The notes under the pieces: generated by a model | The model's database searches: none | What the model was told of the DNA's origin: nothing | What the model saw: only the letters and a program-made list of their open reading frames with translations | Position numbers and translations under genes: made by a program | Part shown: positions 8,739 through 13,938 of the stretch, one piece after another | How the letters are laid out: the number at the start of each line of letters is the position of its first letter | How positions within the stretch are numbered: the first letter of the stretch is position 1 | Source: a virus | Taxonomy: Duplodnaviria > Heunggongvirae > Uroviricota > Caudoviricetes | IMG/VR virus record: IMGVR_UViG_2695420793_000015 | Coordinates: 1 to 13,938 of that record | Direction: 5' to 3' (one strand) | DNA length: 13,938 nt

Positions 8739-9331
8739 TGAAACCTGTTTTTGACGAAAATGGACTGGCTACTGAACCTGGGGAAACTCGTTGTTTCTAT
8801 TACGACGCTGTGACGTCTGAATATATGGGATGGTCAGACGAATATATTAATCTGGGTGTCAGTATGCCAGGGCATTCAACAGATATTGATCCTGGTGATG
8901 AGGTGGCTGGAAAGATTCCAGTATTTACTGGGATTGGATGGGAGCAGCAGGAAGATCATCGCGGGGAAACAGTTTACTCAACTGAAAGTGGTGATGCATC
9001 AATGGTCGATTATATTGGTCCCATCAAGGATGGATTTACAAGCACTGCACCTTCAACGCCATATGATAAATGGGACGGTGAAAAATGGGTGACAGATACT
9101 GAGGCACAGAATATCGCCGTAGTAGAGGCGGCAGAAGCACAGCGGCAGTTTCTGATTGATACTGCAATGGCTTCCATTGGTCTGATCCAACTGAAATTAC
9201 AGGCAGGTCGGAAGCTGACTGAGGCAGAAACAACCCGACTTAACGCTGTGCTTGATTACATTGACGCGGTGACGGCAACAGATACCAGCACCGCACCGGA
9301 TGTCATCTGGCCTGAACTGCCGGAGGCGTAG
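8738..9331 (+). CDS. tfa: Tail fibre assembly protein (Mu U-like)
   Basis: 197-aa ORF whose ATG overlaps the stf stop (TAATG). The C-terminal region (…LDYIDAVTATDTSTAPDVIWPELPEA) is typical of tail-fibre assembly chaperones. Confidence 0.8.
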   Translation: MKPVFDENGLATEPGETRCFYYDAVTSEYMGWSDEYINLGVSMPGHSTDIDPGDEVAGKIPVFTGIGWEQQEDHRGETVYSTESGDASMVDYIGPIKDGFTSTAPSTPYDKWDGEKWVTDTEAQNIAVVEAAEAQRQFLIDTAMASIGLIQLKLQAGRKLTEAETTRLNAVLDYIDAVTATDTSTAPDVIWPELPEA

Positions 9332-9746
9332 GCCATTCAATATCTGGAGCACTGGAGGAATCAACCAGTTCCAGTGCGTCCAGATAATCCAGCCACAAAT
9401 TATATTGCGCCAGTTCCTCACCTTTCAGGCGACCAATCGCTGCTTTACCAGGCCATTGCTTACTGTATATGTATTCGTTGACCTGATTAATCAATTGCTG
9501 CTTTTCCAGTTCGGCTGCGGCAATTTGTTCCTCATGAGTTGGCGGTGGAATTTCCCCCCAGGTGGGAAGGCCATCATCACCCGCGATGCGTACTTTCCCT
9601 TGCAACGTTCTGTCTTCAATAAATTCCAGGTAAGTGTCATATGTCACTTCGACAATATCAGCAAGTTCCCATCCGGCCTGTTCATATTTCGCCACATCAT
9701 TTTTAGCGAAAAAACTGTTATTTGAGGCGCTATAAACTATTTCCAT
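9303..9746 (-). CDS. Alternative tail fibre assembly protein (Mu U'-like), convergent with tfa
   Basis: 147-aa minus-strand ORF with a Tfa-like C-terminus (…LWLDYLDALELVDSSSAPDIEWPTPPAVQAR). It overlaps the 3' end of the plus-strand tfa by 29 bp and sits directly downstream of the minus-strand fibre cassette. Confidence 0.8.
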   Translation of the reverse strand: MEIVYSASNNSFFAKNDVAKYEQAGWELADIVEVTYDTYLEFIEDRTLQGKVRIAGDDGLPTWGEIPPPTHEEQIAAAELEKQQLINQVNEYIYSKQWPGKAAIGRLKGEELAQYNLWLDYLDALELVDSSSAPDIEWPTPPAVQAR

Positions 9747-9747
9747 A

Positions 9748-10323
9748 TTAATACCCTACTGCAAGATAAAAAACAGATTCACCAGCATCCTGGGATGCTG
9801 TCCCTGGAACGCCAGACCATACCTTATTTATAAAAGCAAAACCTGTTTTACTGAGGTCTGACGCTCTGTACATTGGGCTGAATATCCAATAGTTGGATGC
9901 ATATGTTTGTCCGAAAACAATTCCATAGCACTGGTTTGTAAATGGCGTAGAAAATAATTTTCCACCATTACCAGCGATAGCACCGAATCGCATCTGGAAT
10001 CCATTCGGGAAATTAATTCCGCCTGCCGGTGAAGACCAGTAAGACATATCAGGTATTTGCCCAGCACTATTTCCCACGTTTTTTGTTGCAACGGTTCCTA
10101 ACCCAAGATTAGCTCTTGCGTCAGATTTATTTGTTAACTCATAAAGATTATTTGCCTTTTGAAGTGCTCCTGTTATGCGTAAATCATCACCAGCGGCAAC
10201 GGTTCCGACTGTCGTGCCCACATCCCTTTTCGCCGCTTCTCCTAAACCAACCTTTGAAATATTTTTCTGAATCAGGTGATATTTCGCCTCTTCTCCTGTT
10301 TTTACAACAGGAGAAGCACTCAT
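9748..10323 (-). CDS. Alternative tail fibre C-terminal cassette (Mu S'-like), silent in this orientation
   Basis: Gly/Asn/Ser-rich fibre-tip-like sequence on the minus strand. The part from about 10249 downward would fuse in frame to the constant stf N-terminus after inversion. The N-terminal 24 codons and the ATG at 10323 lie outside the segment and are probably not a real start. Confidence 0.7.
   Translation of the reverse strand: MSASPVVKTGEEAKYHLIQKNISKVGLGEAAKRDVGTTVGTVAAGDDLRITGALQKANNLYELTNKSDARANLGLGTVATKNVGNSAGQIPDMSYWSSPAGGINFPNGFQMRFGAIAGNGGKLFSTPFTNQCYGIVFGQTYASNYWIFSPMYRASDLSKTGFAFINKVWSGVPGTASQDAGESVFYLAVGY
10237..10262. repeat. Putative right crossover site of the invertible segment (TTCTCCTAAACC-AA-CCTTTGAAATAT)
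   Basis: The half-site TTCTCCTAAACC matches the left site's half-site at 9 of 11 positions and resembles gix. The central AA on + (TT on -) is in inverted orientation to the left site and in the same codon register in the minus-strand cassette frame. Confidence 0.5.
10290..10316. repeat. Perfect 27-bp palindrome (CTTCTCCTGTT-TTTAC-AACAGGAGAAG) overlapping the invertase ribosome-binding site
   Basis: Two 11-bp arms are exact reverse complements around a 5-bp centre. The right arm contains AGGAG, 9 nt upstream of the pin ATG. The arms share the CTTCTCCT motif with the right crossover half-site. Confidence 0.6.
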
Positions 10324-10885
10324 GATTTACGGGTATGTTCGTGTATCAACAAATCATCAGGATACAGAGTTGCAACGTCTTGCACTTGAGTCAGCTGGCT
10401 GTGAGCGAATTTATGAAGAATATGCCAGTGGCAGAACAGCTAATCGCCCTGTGTTAAAGGAATTAATTACGGTGATGAAAAGTGGAGATGAGTTGATTGT
10501 CTGGAAGTTAGATCGGATAGGGAGAAATGTGCTGCATGCGCTATTGATGTTTCAAAATCTGCACGAAAAAGGTGTTAATTTTCGGAGTATTACAGATGGC
10601 GTAGACCTGAAAACAGCAAGTGGTCGCTATAATTTCCGTAATATTCTTTCTGCTGCGCAGTATGAATCTGATTTGAATAGCGAGCGAACTTTAGCTGGTT
10701 TGGCTATTGCCAGATCCAAAGGCCGGATTGGTGGGCGTAGACCGAAGTTTAGCGACGAGCAGTGGCAACAGATGGGAGCGCTCATAGCGGCAGGGAAATC
10801 ACGGCGTTATGTTGCACGTATCTATAACGTTGGGCTATCAACCCTATATAAACGATTTCCTGTTACTGGCATTCAAACGAAATAA
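10322..10885 (+). CDS. pin: Serine-recombinase DNA invertase (Pin/Gin/Hin family)
   Basis: 187-aa ORF with the resolvase/invertase N-terminus (YVRVSTNHQ, catalytic Ser) and the characteristic C-terminal DNA-binding region (…GRIGGRRPKF…VGLSTLYKRF…). It lies beside the invertible tail-fibre segment. Confidence 0.9.
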   Translation: MIYGYVRVSTNHQDTELQRLALESAGCERIYEEYASGRTANRPVLKELITVMKSGDELIVWKLDRIGRNVLHALLMFQNLHEKGVNFRSITDGVDLKTASGRYNFRNILSAAQYESDLNSERTLAGLAIARSKGRIGGRRPKFSDEQWQQMGALIAAGKSRRYVARIYNVGLSTLYKRFPVTGIQTK

Positions 10886-10925
10886 TTTAAAAGCAATTTA
10901 AAGAGTTATTTGTCTAATGTTGGAA

Positions 10926-10961
10926 GCCGCAGCCACGTCGTATGCAAGAACGTGCTGCGGC
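10926..10961. other. Imperfect hairpin between convergent pin and dinI-like genes; possible bidirectional terminator
   Basis: GCCGCAGCCACGT …loop… ACGTGCTGCGGC (one bulge). There is no clear U-tract on either strand, so terminator function is uncertain. Confidence 0.25.
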
Positions 10962-11028
10962 TGGCTGGCGAACTTTCGATAGTGCGAGTATTGAATGATT
11001 TCCAGCCGTTACCGATTTTACGTGTTAA

Positions 11029-11277
11029 TTAGTGAACAAACCACTCGTCAGCAGATTCCCAGGTATCTTTCAGAGTCTCCTGAACAAAAGTTTTTGCAGA
11101 ATCCTTATCTGCGGTGCGTGTAACAGAAAGGCCATCGTTGCTGGTGGCTTTTACGATCACCTCTACATCGTCATAACGTTTACTGATGCGTCGGGTTAAT
11201 TCTTCCTTTAACGCATCCACAGCACCGGTTGGCATTTTAGTCATTTTTTCTTTGGCTATACAGATTTCAATACGCAT
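11029..11277 (-). CDS. dinI: DinI-family DNA-damage-inducible protein (prophage-encoded)
   Basis: 82-aa ORF ([31 protein letters not shown]…LSV…[17 protein letters not shown]) that aligns along its whole length with E. coli DinI as recalled from memory (MRIEVTIAK…GAIDAL…ELSRRI…QETWESADDWFV). Two LexA boxes lie upstream. Confidence 0.85.
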   Translation of the reverse strand: MRIEICIAKEKMTKMPTGAVDALKEELTRRISKRYDDVEVIVKATSNDGLSVTRTADKDSAKTFVQETLKDTWESADEWFVH

Positions 11278-11290
11278 AAAAGTCCCTCTA

Positions 11291-11310
11291 TACTGTGTTT
11301 GTATACAGTA
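11291..11310. promoter_or_regulatory. LexA box 1 (TACTGT-GTTTGTAT-ACAGTA)
   Basis: Exact CTGT-N8-ACAG SOS-box architecture with the flanking TA/TA, upstream of the dinI-like gene and overlapping its predicted transcription start. Confidence 0.75.
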
Positions 11311-11313
11311 TCA

Positions 11314-11342
11314 TTTTTAACTGTATGGATAAACAGTGTCAA
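11314..11342 (-). promoter_or_regulatory. Putative SOS-regulated sigma70 promoter of the dinI-like gene (-35 TTGACA, 17-bp spacer, -10 TAAAAA)
   Basis: On the minus strand a perfect TTGACA (11342..11337), a 17-nt spacer coinciding with LexA box 2, then TAAAAA (11319..11314). The -35 overlaps the integrase stop codon. Confidence 0.4.
11319..11338. promoter_or_regulatory. LexA box 2 (AACTGT-ATGGATAA-ACAGTG)
   Basis: Second CTGT-N8-ACAG motif, 8 bp from box 1, lying in the spacer between the predicted -35 and -10 of the dinI promoter. Confidence 0.65.
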
Positions 11343-12436
11343 GAGGTCTTATTTCTGCTCCTTTGGAGCTCTTCAAAACGATTATGTAAAGATTTCGGAT
11401 ACAGTTCGGTATATACCTGCCATAGCACGTTTAATGAACGATGCCCTGTAACCTGGGCGACTTCCTCAATACTAAAACCAGCCTCAAATAAGCGACTTGC
11501 CCCTTCTCTACGCAAATCATGGTATCGCAGATCTTTAATACCTAATTTGCTTCTTACCCTCTGGAATCCCGCAGTAACAGAAGTGCTGTTATATGGAAAA
11601 ATGAATTCTGATTTTTTGGGTTGTCGTTGGACGATATCCCAGGCTTCCCCAAGCAAGGCTACTTTCATATGGTTGCCTTCCTTTTTACGTGGATCTTTCC
11701 TGTCTCTTACGAGTATGGATTTTTGTTCCTGATCGAGATCCTCCCATCGTAATCGGCATACTTCACCGATTCGCATACATGACCACACAGAAAATTTGAG
11801 GATATCAACGAACGGAATTTTTGAGCATTTATGTGTAGATCGTTGTTGAAGACCTTCAATGAGCATGTCCAGTTCATCAGATGCTGGTCTACGATTACGA
11901 CGATTTGATTTACCAATTAAACCAAGTTTAAGTAGATATGGACGAGCGGCTTTTGCTGGGTTTGATGTGTAATTAATTCCATATACAGGTTTGGCAGCAT
12001 CCAGAACACTGCCAAGATAACTAACATCGTGGCTAACTGTAGCTGGACCTGCACCAGCGTTGTTTCTTAGCCTGCAATGTTCAATTACGTCATTTTCTGT
12101 CAGTTCAGATAGTTTGATCGCGGAGATGTCACTATCCATAAGCAGTTCCAGCACATATCTTTTAGTACGGCCTGCTTTACCTCCGGCATTTGGGTCATTT
12201 AAATATTTGTGTAGTAAGTCACGGACTGTAAGTCCGTCAACTGCATTTGATGATGGAATGCCATATAGATCTAATTCCATCACTTTCTGTGTGCCCCATG
12301 TTTTGGCATGAGCATGTTTAGGGAATGTTTTGCTTTCCCTGTAAGTGATAACACCTTTTTCTTTGATAATCACATTACAGCGATAGCGTGGTGTGCCATC
12401 GGATTTTAGTCGTTTCTCTATGTTATAGTACGCCAT
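11339..12436 (-). CDS. int: Tyrosine site-specific integrase (dusA-associated type)
   Basis: 365-aa ORF with a tyrosine-recombinase catalytic region (…LRYHDLRREGASRLFEAG…VTGHRSLNVLWQVYTE…). It is the last prophage gene and is divergently oriented from dusA. A GAGG ribosome-binding site lies upstream. Confidence 0.9.
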   Translation of the reverse strand: MAYYNIEKRLKSDGTPRYRCNVIIKEKGVITYRESKTFPKHAHAKTWGTQKVMELDLYGIPSSNAVDGLTVRDLLHKYLNDPNAGGKAGRTKRYVLELLMDSDISAIKLSELTENDVIEHCRLRNNAGAGPATVSHDVSYLGSVLDAAKPVYGINYTSNPAKAARPYLLKLGLIGKSNRRNRRPASDELDMLIEGLQQRSTHKCSKIPFVDILKFSVWSCMRIGEVCRLRWEDLDQEQKSILVRDRKDPRKKEGNHMKVALLGEAWDIVQRQPKKSEFIFPYNSTSVTAGFQRVRSKLGIKDLRYHDLRREGASRLFEAGFSIEEVAQVTGHRSLNVLWQVYTELYPKSLHNRFEELQRSRNKTS

Positions 12437-12456
12437 TACACGACCTCGTTATTTCG

Positions 12457-12491
12457 GGTTCCCATAAAACGTGGGAACCTGTTCGGGAACC
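12457..12491. repeat. Inverted repeat GGTTCCCA-N7-TGGGAACC plus a third GGGAACC copy in the int-dusA intergenic region; candidate integrase/att regulatory element
   Basis: 8-bp perfect inverted repeat at 12457-12464 and 12472-12479, with a further GGGAACC at 12485-12491, between the divergent int and dusA starts. Confidence 0.35.
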
Positions 12492-12524
12492 TAACGCGAG
12501 AAAAATAGCCTGAAATGTTCAAAA

Positions 12525-13562
12525 ATGCACGATAATCATGAAACACAAAAAATTAATCAAACCAGCGTGATGCCTGAAAAAACTGGTGTTTACTGGAATT
12601 CTCGGTTTAGCATTGCTCCTATGCTCGACTGGACGGACAGACATTGCCGCTATTTCTTGCGTCTGCTTTCCCGCAATACGTTGCTGTATACCGAAATGGT
12701 GACCACAGGGGCGATTATTCACGGTAAAGGTGATTACCTGGCGTACAGTGAAGAAGAACATCCGGTAGCGTTGCAACTCGGCGGTAGCGATCCGGCGGCG
12801 CTGGCACAGTGTGCGAAGCTGGCAGAAGCGCGTGGATATGATGAGATCAACCTGAATGTCGGCTGCCCGTCTGACCGGGTGCAGAACGGCATGTTTGGTG
12901 CGTGTCTGATGGGTAATGCGCAGCTGGTTGCCGACTGTGTGAAAGCGATGCGCGATGTGGTGTCGATTCCAGTGACGGTGAAAACGCGTATTGGCATCGA
13001 TGACCAGGACAGCTATGAATTTCTCTGCGATTTCATCAACACTGTTTCCGGCAAAGGCGAGTGTGAGATGTTTATCATCCACGCACGTAAAGCCTGGCTT
13101 TCGGGGTTAAGCCCGAAAGAAAACCGTGAAATCCCGCCGCTCGATTATCCGCGTGTGTATCAACTGAAGCGTGACTTTCCGCATCTGACAATGTCGATTA
13201 ACGGTGGTATCAAGTCGCTGGAAGAGGCCAAAGCACACCTGCAACATATGGATGGCGTGATGGTCGGGCGCGAGGCGTATCAGAATCCGGGTATTCTGGC
13301 GGCAGTAGACCGGGAGATCTTTGGTTCCTCGGATACCGATGCCGATCCGGTGGCGGTAGTGCGCGCCATGTATCCGTACATTGAGCGTGAACTCAGCCAG
13401 GGGACGTATCTCGGCCATATTACCCGGCATATGTTGGGCTTGTTCCAGGGTATTCCTGGCGCGCGGCAGTGGCGGCGTTATTTAAGTGAAAATGCCCATA
13501 AAGCGGGTGCAGACATTAATGTGCTGGAACACGCGCTCAAACTGGTGGCGGATAAGCGTTAA
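12525..13562 (+). CDS. dusA: tRNA-dihydrouridine synthase A
   Basis: 345-aa ORF with Dus-family motifs (…[14 protein letters not shown]…NLNVGCPS…) and full-length resemblance to enterobacterial DusA; pspG follows immediately, as in the E. coli chromosome. A shorter start at the in-frame ATG at 12570 is possible. Confidence 0.9.
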   Translation: MHDNHETQKINQTSVMPEKTGVYWNSRFSIAPMLDWTDRHCRYFLRLLSRNTLLYTEMVTTGAIIHGKGDYLAYSEEEHPVALQLGGSDPAALAQCAKLAEARGYDEINLNVGCPSDRVQNGMFGACLMGNAQLVADCVKAMRDVVSIPVTVKTRIGIDDQDSYEFLCDFINTVSGKGECEMFIIHARKAWLSGLSPKENREIPPLDYPRVYQLKRDFPHLTMSINGGIKSLEEAKAHLQHMDGVMVGREAYQNPGILAAVDREIFGSSDTDADPVAVVRAMYPYIERELSQGTYLGHITRHMLGLFQGIPGARQWRRYLSENAHKAGADINVLEHALKLVADKR

Positions 13563-13592
13563 CTTTTCACCAAAAAGTAGTCAAATTCACCA

Positions 13593-13620
13593 CGCCCTGC
13601 GCACCGTCGCGGGGCGTTTT
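13593..13620 (+). terminator. Possible intrinsic terminator after dusA
   Basis: GC-rich imperfect hairpin (CGCCCTGCG…CGCGGGGCG) followed by TTTT, about 30 bp after the dusA stop. Confidence 0.3.
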
Positions 13621-13644
13621 GCTGTTAAATCAATAGATTATTTT

Positions 13645-13660
13645 TGGCATGATTCTTGTA
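13645..13660 (+). promoter_or_regulatory. Putative sigma54 promoter of pspG (TGGCAT-N5-TTGTA)
   Basis: The GG (13646-13647) and the -12 element are at the consensus spacing for TGGCAC-N5-TTGCA, about 36 bp upstream of the pspG ATG. The -12 element is TTGTA rather than TTGCA. Confidence 0.4.
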
Positions 13661-13695
13661 ATGCCAGCAAGAGATTTCATATTTGGGAGAGCATC

Positions 13696-13938
13696 ATGCT
13701 GGAACTACTTTTTGTGATTGGCTTTTTTGTCATGCTGATGGTCACCGGCGTTTCGTTGCTGGGCATTATCGCCGCGCTGGTTGTGGCGACGGCCATTATG
13801 TTCCTCGGCGGTATGCTGGCATTGATGATTAAGTTGCTGCCGTGGTTACTACTGGCGATTGCGGTGGTGTGGGTTATTAAGGCGATTAAAGCACCAAAAG
13901 TGCCGAAATATCAGCGTTATGACCGCTGGCGTTACTAA
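13696..13938 (+). CDS. pspG: Phage shock protein G
   Basis: 80-aa highly hydrophobic protein (MLELLFVIGFFVMLMVTGVSLLGIIAALVVATAIMF…KYQRYDRWRY) matching PspG, with GGGAGA 6 nt upstream and the conserved dusA-pspG adjacency. Confidence 0.85.
   Translation: MLELLFVIGFFVMLMVTGVSLLGIIAALVVATAIMFLGGMLALMIKLLPWLLLAIAVVWVIKAIKAPKVPKYQRYDRWRY

Larger units (their letters stand above)
8219..10249. other. Invertible tail-fibre segment (Mu G-segment / e14 P-segment type), about 2.0 kb
   Basis: Bounded by two inverted hix/gix-like sites. It contains the stf variable part and tfa on + facing tfa' and an alternative stf C-terminal cassette on -, with a serine invertase gene immediately adjacent. Confidence 0.6.

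Noticed and set aside
8856-9725. ORFs 8856..9092 +, 9036..9233 -, 9197..9421 - and 9300..9725 + within the tfa / tfa' region
   Set aside because: Alternative frames of the two tail-fibre assembly genes. The Tfa-like C-terminal motifs identify the chosen frames as the real ones.
10290-10316. The 27-bp perfect palindrome as the right-hand inversion crossover site
   Set aside because: It has odd-length symmetry with a 5-bp centre, which does not fit the 12-2-12 architecture of serine-invertase sites, and it lacks the AAACC core. The site at 10237-10262 matches better in sequence and in codon register, so the palindrome is reported as a separate regulatory candidate.
9828-10325. ORFs 9828..10091 - and 10116..10325 + overlapping the silent tail-fibre cassette
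   Set aside because: Off-frame or antisense to the fibre-tip cassette, and the plus-strand one would run into the pin start without any ribosome-binding site.
11295-12311. Plus-strand ORFs 11295..11732 and 12060..12311 and minus-strand 11707..11916 overlapping the integrase
   Set aside because: Antisense or off-frame to the integrase gene, whose catalytic motifs fix the correct frame.
12519-13430. Minus-strand ORFs 12519..13082, 12734..12997 and 13107..13430 overlapping dusA
   Set aside because: Antisense to a highly conserved housekeeping gene; spurious.
13486-13938. Long 150-aa form of the pspG ORF starting at 13486
   Set aside because: The upstream extension overlaps the dusA 3' end and the intergenic promoter region. 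The 80-aa protein starting at the ATG at 13696 has a good ribosome-binding site and matches full-length PspG.
1-13938. CRISPR arrays, tRNA or rRNA genes, and insertion sequences
   Set aside because: No regularly spaced direct repeats, no tRNA-like cloverleaf candidates and no transposase-like ORFs with terminal inverted repeats were seen on manual inspection. The only mobile-DNA signatures are the prophage integrase and the invertible segment.

Overview
This window is the integrase-proximal end of a Mu-like (myovirus-type) prophage inserted at the 5' end of the host dusA gene, followed by host dusA and pspG. All calls come from reading the sequence and the supplied ORF translations; no database search was run. 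Left to right: a tail assembly chaperone with a predicted -1 programmed frameshift (slippery TTTTTTC at 252-258), tape measure protein, a low-GC inserted gene (moron) with its own terminator, then a translationally coupled baseplate module (DNA circulation protein, hub, spike, gp46-like, J-like, gp48-like). Next comes a Gin/Pin-type invertible tail-fibre segment (stf-tfa facing tfa'-stf') with two hix/gix-like crossover sites that preserve reading frame, the serine invertase gene, a DinI-family gene behind two LexA boxes, and a tyrosine integrase divergent from dusA. Most worth following up: the moron of unknown function inside the tail operon, the perfect palindrome covering the invertase ribosome-binding site, the SOS-controlled DinI homologue, and the dusA integration junction.
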